NCBI GenBank assembly: GCA_963717505.1
Contig: OY970342.1
Location: forward strand, 64,001 to 128,000
Origin: Candidatus Eiseniibacteriota bacterium
GTDB lineage: Bacteria; Eisenbacteria; RBG-16-71-46
Reading direction: 5' to 3'
Length of the DNA stretch: 64,000 nucleotides
The notes below the pieces were generated by a model, which was not told where the DNA came from, ran no database searches, and saw only the letters and a list, made by a program, of their open reading frames with translations. Below, in pieces: positions 1-11,095 of this stretch. Position numbers and translations under genes: made by a program. The stretch's first letter is position 1, and every line of letters starts with the position of its first letter.

Positions 1-1170
1 GAGCACCGAGACGCGGCGGGTCCCGGCGGGTGCGGCAAACCGGATTGGATCACCGGGCACGCCGTAGTGTCGAACCAGAATCTTTCGCTCGCCGACCTCG
101 CGGACCGACCAGCTGCGCTCGAGCAGTTGACGCACCTCGACGTCGACCAGGAACACGGCGCCATCTGCCACGAACCGCGCCAGCAGATCGCGCAGCTTGG
201 CCCGGCCGTCGTCGCTCCAGCCGGACTCGAGGTGCACGTAGTTCACTCGATGGGTGCTGATCACCGCAGGCTGGCCCCGATTCCAGCAATCCCGGGCGGC
301 GCGGTGCGCGGCCTCGACGCCGACGCGACCGGCGGAGAGCCCGGGCGAACGCGGCTCGAACGCGATGCGCGGCGGCATGTGGAGACAGCGGTCATACGTC
401 CCCGGCCAGGCTCGACGGAGCCACCAGCGCCGCAGATGGCGGAACCTCGCCCCATGTTGTTCCGCCTTGCCCTGGAGGATCTTGACGCCGCGGCGCACGG
501 CGTCGTGTTCGATGGCGTCGTCCCACCGGTAGTCGGGGGGACAGAACGACCACGGCGGCCGCCCGACGAGACGCGTGAACAGCTCGATCGCCCGGGCCAG
601 CCGAGATAGCCGGGCCGGCTTCGGCTCCGCGGGATCGTACTCGCCGCCCGACTCGACCGCCGCGCACACGAACGACTGCTGTTCGAAAGCGCGCCGCGCA
701 TCGTCGGTGTTGCGGCGCAACGCCGTCATCCACGCCTGTTCCGGGAGGTGGTGCAGGCCGTGCAGCTCGGGCCACCACAGTCCCTCCTCGCGGAGCTTCT
801 GGACCTCGTCCCACGCGCCGGGACGGCGCCAGCGTGACGGCGTGTTCGGGTAGGCGATCAGCGGCACTTCGGCCTCTTCGAACAGCGGCGGGCGAATGCG
901 CTCGAAGTCGGGAGCCGCCATCACCATGTTCGCCTGCCACACGGGCGCGAACCCGTCCGCGCCGCGAAACTCGCGCAGGCTGGCGCCCAGGGCCCGCAGG
1001 TCGGCCGCGGATTCGAGCGTCGAGCCGCTGTAGCGGAGCCCGGCCGGGCTGCGAAACGCCGGCGTGCCCGCCAGCACACGGTGGGCCTGCGAATCCGCCG
1101 ACCAGGCGCACAGACCCCAATCGTCGCTCTCGAGCACCACGACCTTGAGTCGGCGCCAATCGAGGTTCAC
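1..1170 (-). CDS. Polysaccharide deacetylase-like (CE4/NodB-type) protein; 3' end runs off the window
   Basis: Absent from the ORF track because there is no stop in the window. Manual translation from GTG 1170: MNLDWRRLKVVVLESDDWG...ELHGLHH...FCPPDYRW...ISTHRVNY, i.e. DD, HxxxH and HRxNY motifs of the family. Extended -10 TGcTATAGT lies upstream. Confidence 0.7.
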   Translation of the reverse strand, partial: MNLDWRRLKVVVLESDDWGLCAWSADSQAHRVLAGTPAFRSPAGLRYSGSTLESAADLRALGASLREFRGADGFAPVWQANMVMAAPDFERIRPPLFEEAEVPLIAYPNTPSRWRRPGAWDEVQKLREEGLWWPELHGLHHLPEQAWMTALRRNTDDARRAFEQQSFVCAAVESGGEYDPAEPKPARLSRLARAIELFTRLVGRPPWSFCPPDYRWDDAIEHDAVRRGVKILQGKAEQHGARFRHLRRWWLRRAWPGTYDRCLHMPPRIAFEPRSPGLSAGRVGVEAAHRAARDCWNRGQPAVISTHRVNYVHLESGWSDDGRAKLRDLLARFVADGAVFLVDVEVRQLLERSWSVREVGERKILVRHYGVPGDPIRFAAPAGTRRVSVL

Positions 1171-1260
1171 GCGGAGCCCCCACTAAAAAGGACGCGGGAC
1201 TATAGCACGCACACTCCGCAGTCGCGGGCAAAGCGCAAGTTCGTGATAGCTTCGCGCCCC

Positions 1261-2843
1261 GTGAATCCCGGGCCCGTCACGTCGAGCACTCCTGCGCGCG
1301 ATTCGCTGCGCACTCCGTGGTTCCTGGGTGCGCTCGTGCTCGCGCTGATGTGGTGGACCCTCGACCTCGCGATCCTCCGTGCCGGGGTCCCCCATCCTGC
1401 CGACGACCATTGGGAGGATCATCTGATCGCCGAACGGCTGATCGCCGGCGACGGATTTCGCACCACGATGATCTACCCGCCGCTCTGGGGCCTGCGGGAT
1501 GCGCACGACACCATCCCGGTGCTGGTGCACGGACCGCTGCTCGCGGTGTTGACTGCGCCGGCGCTCGCGGCGTTCGGACGCGACGCGCTCGAATCGGTGG
1601 CGGTTCCGGCGGCGCTGCTGGCGCTCGCGGCACTGATCCCGATCTACCGCATCGCAGCGCGGCACTTCGGCGCTCCGGTGGGTGCCGCAGCGGCCGGCCT
1701 GTTCACGCTCTCGCCGCTGACACTCGAGGCCGTGCACCACAGCGGCTCGGTGATCGTCGGCGCCGCTTTGCTGACCTGGGCGATCGACCTGGTCGCGCGC
1801 CCCGCGCCGCGCGGGCTCGCGGCCGGGCTGGTCGCCGGCCTCGCATCCCTGGTGCGCCCGGAAGCACTGTTGGCGCTCCCGGTGCTCGGTGCGCTGGGGT
1901 GGCAAACCCGGCGGACGAATCTCCAAACGATCGTCGCGCTGGCCGCCGGGTTCGCCGCCTGCGCCCTGCCGTGGTGGATCTACCGAACCGGCGCTGTCGG
2001 CTCGCCGTTCTTCAACCTGACGTCCTACACCCTGGTCGGCTTCTGGGGTGCACGGCCCGACGTCAGCGTCATGCAGGACTTCACCCTCACGCCCGAACGC
2101 TGGCCCTCGGTGCTCCGCGCCGAGCTTCCGGGAATAGCCGGCAAGTGGATCTCGTTTGCGCCGCGCGCCCTCAAGCACGTGTTGTTCACGCCGAGCGGTG
2201 CCACCGGCTGGCTGGCGATCGTCGGGCTTGCGGCTGCGGCGTCGGGACAGACGCGCGTCGTCGACGATCGCTCCGGAACCGAGCTGTCCGTGACCTCCGC
2301 GCGTCGGCTGGCCTGGTGCAGCGCATTGCTCGTCCTGGTCCCGGTAGCCGCCATGACGCTCACGTTTCACCAGCCGCTCTATCTCGTGCCCTTCGCACCG
2401 CTCCTCGCGATCGGGGCCGCGGCCGGAGCGGCGTCGCTCGCGAACGCGATGCCGACGTGGGCGCGACGCCCGCGCGCATGGATCGGCCTGACCTTGCTCC
2501 TGCTTCTGCCCTCGGCACTGCCCGCACTGCGTGGCGCCGCGAGCGAAGCGCGTGTGCTCGAGCGGCGGCTGGCGAGCGAACGGCAGACCCTGGCTCGCGA
2601 CTTCCCGCGCGACGAGCCAGGCCCGCGCGTGATCTTTTCCGACTCGCCGGACTTCGTCGCCTGGGTGACGGGGCGGCCCACGCTATGGACGACCGAGCAG
2701 GCGTTCGCGAAGCTCTATGCGCCGAACGGCACCGCGGCCGATCTCGGCTTGCCGCCACCGCCGAGGTGTCCGGCTACTTCCACGACGATTTCCGCAATCC
2801 CGCCGCCGTCGGACGCCGGGTCGTGCCCGGAACTGGCCGCTAG
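1261..2843 (+). CDS. ArnT/PMT-like (GT-C) membrane glycosyltransferase with an apparent frameshift near 2758
   Basis: Many TM segments, DD motif after TM1 (PADDHWED), RPE motif. The natural C-terminus (AEVSGYFHDDFRNPAAVGRRVVPGTGR*) is in another frame and ends at TAG 2843, overlapping the next GTG. Confidence 0.65.
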
Positions 2844-3056
2844 TGGCCGCACGCCGCGGGTTCACCGGAGCGCTCGACGCCATCGAGGCGATCGGCAACG
2901 GCGGTCAACCTGCTCGACCGCGACGGCATTCGCCGCATCGTCACCGAAGCGGTCCGGAACTTCACCGGATTCGCGCCGCTCGGCATCGTGCTGGTCGCGA
3001 TGCTCGGCATTGGCGTCGCCGAGGCCACGGGGCTGATCGGGGTGGCGATGCGCTAG
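2843..3056 (+). pseudogene. abgT: Remnant of an AbgT-family transporter, internally deleted and truncated
   Basis: VAARRGFTGALDAIEAIGN, then a frame change at about 2900 to AVNLLDRDGIRRIVTEAVRNFTGFAPLGIVLVAMLGIGVAEATGLIG. NFxxFAPLGxVLVAMLGxGVAE is the AbgT signature. Confidence 0.75.
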
Positions 3057-3058
3057 GC

Positions 3059-3087
3059 TTGCCGGGCGAGCACGGGAACACTAGCCT
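3059..3087 (+). promoter_or_regulatory. Putative sigma70 promoter TTGCCG-N17-TAGCCT
   Basis: 17-bp spacer; upstream of RBS AAGGAG and ATG 3156. Confidence 0.4.
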
Positions 3088-3155
3088 TGCGCGGTCGGCT
3101 CTCGGTTTGAAGACCCTGGGGCTCGGGATTCGGGCTCATCGATCAAGGAGACCTC

Positions 3156-3894
3156 ATGATGTCGTGGTCCACTGTGCGCTCGCTCGCTCACCGGTGTCCG
3201 ATTCGATCGCGTCCGTGCGTCGCCCTTCTTGCGCTCGCGCTCCTTTTCGCCGCGGCCGGGTGCACCACCATCGAGCCCAAGGAGCGGGTCCGCGCCGGCA
3301 GCTCGGGATCCTCGTTGCCGCCGCTCGGCGTCGTGACCTTCGTCGATCAGCGAGCTGACCTCGCCGGCTGGAAGGCCGTGGACGCCGCCCTCCAAGCGCA
3401 AGCCGGCCACGTGCGCAGCCGGGTCTACCTGGCGGTCGACGACAGCGTCGACCACCCGCTGGTCCACATCACGACCTGGGAGAATGCCGGCGCGCTCGCC
3501 GCCGCCCTGCTCGAAGAGAGCGCGGTGTGGTCTGCGGTCGAGTCCAAAGGCTCCTCGGCGATCTACGGCCTCAGCTCCGACGTCGGCAACATCCGGGACT
3601 CGCTCATGAGTTCGGTCATGATCATCGTTCCGTTCGACACACCGGCGGATTCCGCGTGCGGCCGTGAACGGTTATCACCTGGTGGACGAGTTCTTCCGGC
3701 CGCAGCCGGGTTTCGTCGGCTCGGTGCTGCTCCGGCGGATCGGCGGCGACGGCGGCTACGGCCACGTGATCCTCAGCCGATGGGCCTCGCGTCAGGAAGC
3801 GGACGCGATCATGCGAGGTGAAGTGTTCCGCACGTTGGGCGGCGCCAGCGGGATCGAGGCGAAACTCGCGTTCTACATCGTCGAGGGGGAATGA
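3156..3894 (+). CDS. Lipoprotein with two antibiotic-biosynthesis-monooxygenase (ABM)-like domains; frameshift near 3660
   Basis: Lipobox AAGC. Domain 1 ...QAGHVRSRVY...HITTWEN; domain 2 (other frame) QPGFVGSVLLR...VILSRWAS. Stop overlaps the next ATG (ATGA). Confidence 0.55.
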
Positions 3895-4874
3895 CCGCAT
3901 CGGAGCACCACGTCGGAATCGCTTCGGGACCAGTCGCGCACGGGCCCCTGCGGTTCGCGTTCCGTGGTCACGGTGGCGAGTTCTTCGCGGACTGGATCCG
4001 CAACATGCTCCTCTGCGTGCTCACCCTCGGGCTCTACTACCCGTGGGCGCGTGCCCGTATTCTCGGCTACCTGATCGGAAACCTCGAAGCCGACGGCGAC
4101 CGCCTGAGCTATCACGGCAGCGGTTCCGAGTTGTTCGTCGGCTTGCTCAAGATCATCGCGGTCATGGTCGTCTCCTATGTCGTCCTGATCTTCCTGGCGC
4201 CGGTCCTGCCGGTGGCGCTCTTCCTGATCCTGGTCGTCGCGATCTACGTCGGGACGTTTCTCCTCTCGGGGCTGGCCCTGCTCGGCGCCTTCCGCTACCG
4301 GCTGACGCGAACCTCGTGGCGCGGAGTGCGATTCGCGGTGCGCCGTGAGACCGGCGCGTTCCTGCGCGAGTTCATGCTCTACGGCACCCTGGTGGTGGTG
4401 ACGCTCGGCCTCGCGCTGCCGTTCTTTCTCAACTGGCGTCGGCGAGCATTGACTCACCGCGCCGGGCTTGGCACCGGGCGATTCGGGTTCGACGGCGACG
4501 CGCGATCGCTCATCGGACCCTACCTGCTCGCGATGTTCCTGACCCTTCCGACGCTGGGTCTGGCGTGGGTCTGGTACGACCTGGTACAGAAGCGCCACAT
4601 GTGGAATCACACGACCTTCGAGCGGGCGCGTTTCCGGCTCTCGATCGAGACCTCGGCCTGGTTCTCCTTTGCGGTGCTCAACAGCCTGCTGGTGGTGCTG
4701 ACGTTGGGACTGGGTTGGCCGCTGGCGGCCACGCGCTACCTGTCGTTTCTCACCGACCACCTGACGCTCGAAGGCCCACTGGACCTGGCGGCGATTCGCT
4801 CGGCGCCGGCCGACGCCTCGGCCACCGGCGAGAGCCTGGCCGACGTGTTCGACATCGATGTCGAGCTCGGCTGA
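3891..4874 (+). CDS. YjgN/DUF898 family inner membrane protein
   Basis: F.F.G.GGE...N.LL..LTLGLYYPWA motif, repeated TLGL segments, TSWRGVRF. Confidence 0.85.
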   Translation: MTASEHHVGIASGPVAHGPLRFAFRGHGGEFFADWIRNMLLCVLTLGLYYPWARARILGYLIGNLEADGDRLSYHGSGSELFVGLLKIIAVMVVSYVVLIFLAPVLPVALFLILVVAIYVGTFLLSGLALLGAFRYRLTRTSWRGVRFAVRRETGAFLREFMLYGTLVVVTLGLALPFFLNWRRRALTHRAGLGTGRFGFDGDARSLIGPYLLAMFLTLPTLGLAWVWYDLVQKRHMWNHTTFERARFRLSIETSAWFSFAVLNSLLVVLTLGLGWPLAATRYLSFLTDHLTLEGPLDLAAIRSAPADASATGESLADVFDIDVELG

Positions 4875-6024
4875 CCTGTCGCACGGGTCCGCGTCGTTTC
4901 AGGGACGCTGGTTCGACGGACAGTCACCGGTCGGTCGCGACGCCCGCGTCGAGATCACGCCCTCGGGCTTGAGCATTCGCTCGGACGCCGCGGACACCCT
5001 GTGGCCTTGGATTGAAGTGAAGCAGACCCGCGGCGCGATCCGCGGAGAGCCGGTGCAGTTCGAGCGCCGTGGGGCGGCAGAGACCATCGTAGTGCAGGAT
5101 CCGGCGATCCTCGAAGCCGTGCGCGGGATCGTTCCCGAGATCTCGCGCCATTTTCGTCGACCCACACGGCACACTACGGCGTGGCGCATCGCACTCGGCG
5201 TGGTCGCGTTGGTCGCCTCCGCGTACGTCGTCTACGCCTGGATCATCCCGCAGGCAGCGGAGCAGCTCGCGCAGTCTGTTCCGGTCAAGTGGGAGGAGCA
5301 GTTTGGCGCTGCCGTGATGGAGTCGGCCCTGCTCGGCAAGCGGGCGGTCGACGAGGACGCGATCGTCGCCCCGCTGGATCTGTTGATGCAGCGCCTCGAG
5401 CGCGCGAATCCCGACAGCCGCTATACCTATCACCTCACCGTGACCGACGAATCCGAGGTCAACGCGTTCGCCGGCCCGGGCGGCTATCTGGTCTTCAATC
5501 GGGGGATGCTCGAGTTCACGAACTCCCCGGACGAGCTGGCGGCGGTGCTCGCCCACGAGATGCAGCACGTCGAGCGCCGCCATGTGACCCGCGGGCATCT
5601 TCAGAGCGCCTGGCGCTCTCCGCGGTGTTGGCGGTGGCGCTCGGCGGCGCCGACTCGTTCGCCGGGCAGGCGGCGCGAACCCTGGGGGAACTGTCCTACA
5701 GCCGCAACGACGAGACCGAGGCGGATCGCGAAGGGCTGCGCATGCTGGAGGTCGCGGGTGGCGACGGCCGGGCGATGGCCGCACTGCTCGAGCGGATGGA
5801 CGCGTCCGGGCGCACCGATCCCGTTGGCGTCGTTCCTGTCGACGCACCCGGGTGGCGCACGACGCGCGCAGGCGATTCGTGCGGCGGCGACCGGACCGAA
5901 GGCGGGCGCCGAGCCCCTGCTGACTCCGGCAGAATGGAGCACGATGAAGGCTGCCGTCAGTGCGCGGTCTTCCGCTTCTCCCGCCCGCGACGAAACGCCA
6001 CAAACGCCATCCACGCCGCCGTAA
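4858..6024 (+). CDS. M48 family zinc metallopeptidase with compensating frameshifts between about 5595 and 5815
   Basis: VNAFAGPGG, LAHEMQH; YSRNDETEAD lies in an alternative frame; FLSTHP is back in the first frame. DUF898 + M48 is a known pairing. Confidence 0.85.
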   Translation: MSSSADLSHGSASFQGRWFDGQSPVGRDARVEITPSGLSIRSDAADTLWPWIEVKQTRGAIRGEPVQFERRGAAETIVVQDPAILEAVRGIVPEISRHFRRPTRHTTAWRIALGVVALVASAYVVYAWIIPQAAEQLAQSVPVKWEEQFGAAVMESALLGKRAVDEDAIVAPLDLLMQRLERANPDSRYTYHLTVTDESEVNAFAGPGGYLVFNRGMLEFTNSPDELAAVLAHEMQHVERRHVTRGHLQSAWRSPRCWRWRSAAPTRSPGRRREPWGNCPTAATTRPRRIAKGCACWRSRVATAGRWPHCSSGWTRPGAPIPLASFLSTHPGGARRAQAIRAAATGPKAGAEPLLTPAEWSTMKAAVSARSSASPARDETPQTPSTPP

Positions 6025-6331
6025 GGAAGAGCCCGAGCGTCTCGCGCGATTCTTCGATCTGCGGCGATTCGGCCTTCATCGACTCGGCCAGCTGCGACCA
6101 GGCGATTCCGCCCTGGATGTGCGTCAACACCCACACACCCCAAACGCCCGCGATCACCGCGATCAAGGAGGGGGCGATGCGTCCGGCGCTGGCGCGCGCC
6201 GCGCTCATGCCGCTGACCACCGCGGCGCCGGCATAGATCAGCGCCCAGGGCCACGGGTCGGGATCGTTGTACTGGAGCAACGCGCTGATCGCGAATACGA
6301 TCGCCATCAGAATGTCGAGTGCTCGAATCAT
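5957..6331 (-). CDS. Transmembrane 220 (TMEM220) family protein
   Basis: QYNDPD..W..IY motif, EESRETLGL, GGAGG RBS. Confidence 0.8.
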   Translation of the reverse strand: MIRALDILMAIVFAISALLQYNDPDPWPWALIYAGAAVVSGMSAARASAGRIAPSLIAVIAGVWGVWVLTHIQGGIAWSQLAESMKAESPQIEESRETLGLFLTAAWMAFVAFRRGREKRKTAH

Positions 6332-6432
6332 GGGACCTCCGTGACGCAACTATTCCCGACTGCTACCCGGGGACATACGCATGATCATCGGCTGAAGTCG
6401 ATCCCGTCGTGAGCGGCCGAAGATCAGGCGCC

Positions 6433-7161
6433 CTAACGCTTCTGTTGTGCCTGAACGCCACGGATTTCGGCGAGCATGCCAGTTGGCGCACCACCGGCAC
6501 TTCCGGGATTGTTGATTGCCTGCACGGTCGTCTCGACATATGGCCCGCTCTCGATGACTGTCCTGAGGCGGTTGGCGATGATCAGGCAGTCCCTCGCGTG
6601 TTTCCCCCTTCGTTTCGTCACTTCACCAACGATCATACGTAGCCGGGCGCGCGCGTGACGGTTAGGGTCCGACAACCGCGCTAGAGCGATGCCGGTGATC
6701 GGCACACGCTGGGTCCTACCTTCCACGAACGTCACGGTGAGCAAGCTCTCACGGAGCGCGAACGCCTGAGTCGTATCGATGAGATCGCTCGGCGCCTCCC
6801 GTCGAACCTCATCGAGCGACTTGCCGGCGTGAATCTTCGACACGATCTGGGAGAATGTTTGGCCCCAGGGGTCTTCGTGGCTCCGGTACGTCGTCGACCC
6901 GGGGCCGCAGACGATCATGTATCCGACGAACCGATCCATGGTGTCGGCTGCTGCCAGCCACGGACCCTTGCCGTTGAGATACAAGGTGTCGTTCGCGATC
7001 GTGGCCTTGACCTTCCCGGTCAGGCGATGCCCGCACCAGTAGAGGTGCACGCCCTTGGGGACCTTGAACGTCTGGATCGTCTCAGCGGACGCGCCGATGC
7101 CCCCGAGTACAGGCACCAGAACGATCACAATCAAGACGCGCCGTCCGAGCTGCATGAACAT
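6433..7161 (-). CDS. Hypothetical secreted protein
   Basis: Signal peptide (LGRRVLIVIVLVPVLGGIGASA); no family recognised. Confidence 0.55.
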   Translation of the reverse strand: MFMQLGRRVLIVIVLVPVLGGIGASAETIQTFKVPKGVHLYWCGHRLTGKVKATIANDTLYLNGKGPWLAAADTMDRFVGYMIVCGPGSTTYRSHEDPWGQTFSQIVSKIHAGKSLDEVRREAPSDLIDTTQAFALRESLLTVTFVEGRTQRVPITGIALARLSDPNRHARARLRMIVGEVTKRRGKHARDCLIIANRLRTVIESGPYVETTVQAINNPGSAGGAPTGMLAEIRGVQAQQKR

Positions 7162-7171
7162 CAGGATACGC

Positions 7172-8389
<1,218 letters not shown>

Positions 8390-8433
8390 GGCGGATCCGC
8401 GCCCGCGAGTTCCGTTCGACTCCGGACGGCGGC

Positions 8434-9852
8434 TCATCGCCGGCCGCCCCGACCGCCACCACCACCCTGGCCGCCGCGACCTCCCATACCGGGCGGCGGT
8501 TGCAGGTTCTGGTTGGCGGTCGCATTCGAAGCCATGTCGACGCCCACGATCACTTCGGTGCCCGGCGCCAGTCCCTCGCCGACGATCTCGGTGTTGGAGC
8601 CGTTCGAGAGTCCGGCCATCACCGGCATGCGTTCGGGCTTTCCGGCGTTGAGCACGTAGACGGCCCCGGGCTTGAGTCTGGGGGTGTCGCCCTCGCCGGT
8701 GTCCTGTGAATCGCCACGGGGCCCGCGGCGCGCTCCGCCATTCTGACCCACGCGCGCCATCCCGCGTTCAGCGCCGGACCTCATTCCCGGTGCGCCGGAG
8801 CGTGCGCCACCCGATCCCGCGCCTCCGCCACCCGATCCCATGCGCGCGTCGCCTTCGCCCGCGGGCCGTCGAGCGCCCGTGTCGGCCGCCGCGGCATCGC
8901 CCGAGCCCGGTTGGGGCGCGGCGTTGCGCGCCTGATTTCCACCGCCCGCGGGTGCTGCCGGCTTGAAGCGCAGGGCCGCCGCCGGAGCCATGAGCACGTC
9001 CTCGCGGCGATCCACCAGGATCGAAACATTGGCGGTCATTCCCGGGCGCAGTTTGAGGTGGGGATTCGACGTGTGGATCACGGTGGTGTAGGTGACCACG
9101 CCCTGCTCGGCAATCGGTTCGAGCCGAACTTCGGCGACCTTGCCGGTGAATTGATCGTCGGGGAACGCGTCGACCGTGAAGCGCGCTTCGAGGCCGGCGC
9201 GAATTTGTCCGATGTCCGCTTCGTCGATTCGGGTCTCGACCTGCATGTCGGCGAGGTCATTGGCGATCAGGAAGAGCTGAGGCGCCTGGAGGCTCGCGGC
9301 CACGGTCTGCCCGAGATCGACCGAACGCGCGATCACCACGCCGTCGATCGGCGAGCGAATGATCGTGTTGCCGAGATCGACGCGCGCGGCCTGGAGCTGG
9401 GCTTGCGCCTGCATGAGGTCAGCGCGGCTCTGCTCGACCGCTACTTCCTTGGCCTCGAGCTCGGTTTGGGGAATGTAGCCCTCACCCACCAGCTCGCGCG
9501 CACGTGTGAGCTGGCGCTCGGCTTCTTTGAGCGACGCCTGCGCCTTGGCCACGGACGCCTCGCTCTGCACCGCGCGCGCGCGGAACGAGGACGGATCCAG
9601 CTCGAGCAGCACCTGGCCGCGCTTGACGCGGTCGTTGTAGTCCGCCTTGAGTGCCATGACGGTGCCGCTGACCTGGCTGCCGACGTTGACCTGGACCACC
9701 GGGCGCACGGTCCCGGTTGCCGAAACCAGCGACTCGATGTCGCCCTGTTCGAGCTTGGCCGTTCGGTACTTGGGCGCTTTGCCCGCGCCCGAGCAGCCGG
9801 CGAGGAACGAGACGGCAACGGCGAGGGCCAACAGGCGTGAGACGTGGGACAC
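8434..9852 (-). CDS. MacA/HlyD-type periplasmic adaptor subunit (lipoprotein)
   Basis: VGSQVSG, IRSPIDGVV, GQTVAASLQAP, LRPGMTA; lipobox LAGC; AAGGAG RBS before GTG 9852; Gly/Arg-rich insert and tail. Confidence 0.92.
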   Translation of the reverse strand: MSHVSRLLALAVAVSFLAGCSGAGKAPKYRTAKLEQGDIESLVSATGTVRPVVQVNVGSQVSGTVMALKADYNDRVKRGQVLLELDPSSFRARAVQSEASVAKAQASLKEAERQLTRARELVGEGYIPQTELEAKEVAVEQSRADLMQAQAQLQAARVDLGNTIIRSPIDGVVIARSVDLGQTVAASLQAPQLFLIANDLADMQVETRIDEADIGQIRAGLEARFTVDAFPDDQFTGKVAEVRLEPIAEQGVVTYTTVIHTSNPHLKLRPGMTANVSILVDRREDVLMAPAAALRFKPAAPAGGGNQARNAAPQPGSGDAAAADTGARRPAGEGDARMGSGGGGAGSGGARSGAPGMRSGAERGMARVGQNGGARRGPRGDSQDTGEGDTPRLKPGAVYVLNAGKPERMPVMAGLSNGSNTEIVGEGLAPGTEVIVGVDMASNATANQNLQPPPGMGGRGGQGGGGGRGGRR

Positions 9853-10066
9853 TCGGGCTCCTTGAATGCGGCGGGGACGAATCGGGCTCGGGTCGTTCAA
9901 GAATCCGCCATCTTCGCCCCGGCGCGCAAGATGTGGATTTCGAGTTCACAGGGACCGAACCGGTTCGATTACGCCCGGCCCAATGGCGACGAGGAATCAG
10001 GACGAGCGCCCGAACCCGAGACCCGAGCGCGGGACGGCCACTTGCTTCGGGTATGCTTCCGGACGC

Positions 10067-10996
10067 GTGCAAGCACTTTCCTCCACCGACGCACGGCGAG
10101 ACGCGATCGTTCGCGTACTCGTCGGCATCCTGATCGCCAACCTGGTGGTCGCCGCGGCCAAACTGTTCTATGGCTGGCGCTCGGGAGCGATCGCAATGGG
10201 TGCGGACGGCGTCCATTCGCTGCTCGACGCCGCCTCGAACGTGATCGGACTGGTCGGCGTGGCGGTCGCGCGCCGCCCGCCGGACGCCAATCACCCGTAC
10301 GGACATCGCAAGTACGAAACCTTTGCGGCACTCGCGATCGCCGGCATGATGCTGATCGGCTGCATGGAGATCGGGACGGCCGCGCTCGCGCGCCTCCGAA
10401 TGCCGTACGTGCCCGAGATCGATGCGCTCGGTTTCACGATCATCGGCGCAACGATCGCGATCAACGTGGCCGTGGTATGGCTCGAACGACGCGAAGCCCG
10501 CCGGCTCCAGAGCGAGCTACTGATGTCGGACGCAGCCCACACGGGCAGCGACGTGCTCGCCAGCATGCTGGTGCTCGTCAGCTTCGTCCTGGCACGGTTC
10601 GGAATGTGGTGGGCCGACATTGGGGCCGCGGTGGTGATCGTGGTGCTCATCCTGCGAGCCGGCCTCGAAATCCTGCGCAACACGTTGTCGACACTCTCGG
10701 ATGAGCGCCGCATTCCCCCCAAGTTGATCGAGGCGGAGGCTACCGGAGAGCCCGGCGTGATCGAGGCGCACAACGTCCGTTCGCGCGGGCCCGACGACGA
10801 CATCCACGTCGACCTGCACGTGCTGGTGGACCCCACGATCTCGGTCGCCGAGGCCCATCGCATCGGGCACCGGGTCGACGCGCGGTTGCGCGCGCGCTGG
10901 CCGAGCGTCACCGACATCGTGGTTCACGTCGAGCCTGCGCTCGAGAGCGAGAAGGGACGACCGGGCGTCGGTGGAGGGCTGGAAGCCGAGGGCTGA
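10067..10996 (+). CDS. Cation diffusion facilitator (FieF-like) metal efflux transporter
   Basis: ADGVHSLLD, HPYGHRKYE, DAAHTGSD, HVDLH...IVVHVEP. Start could be ATG 9983. Confidence 0.92.
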   Translation: MQALSSTDARRDAIVRVLVGILIANLVVAAAKLFYGWRSGAIAMGADGVHSLLDAASNVIGLVGVAVARRPPDANHPYGHRKYETFAALAIAGMMLIGCMEIGTAALARLRMPYVPEIDALGFTIIGATIAINVAVVWLERREARRLQSELLMSDAAHTGSDVLASMLVLVSFVLARFGMWWADIGAAVVIVVLILRAGLEILRNTLSTLSDERRIPPKLIEAEATGEPGVIEAHNVRSRGPDDDIHVDLHVLVDPTISVAEAHRIGHRVDARLRARWPSVTDIVVHVEPALESEKGRPGVGGGLEAEG

Positions 10997-11095
10997 TCGA
11001 TCGCGGGCGACCGCCGTCGGACTCAACCCGGTCGCCAGCGCGGCCGATCATCCTGGGGCCAACCTTCTGCAGTCCCCGACGACCGGGAGCCTCCG

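Noticed and set aside
2760-3036. ORF-track C-terminus of the 651-aa glycosyltransferase
   Set aside because: Low-complexity out-of-frame read-through that overlaps the abgT relic; the real end is probably 2843
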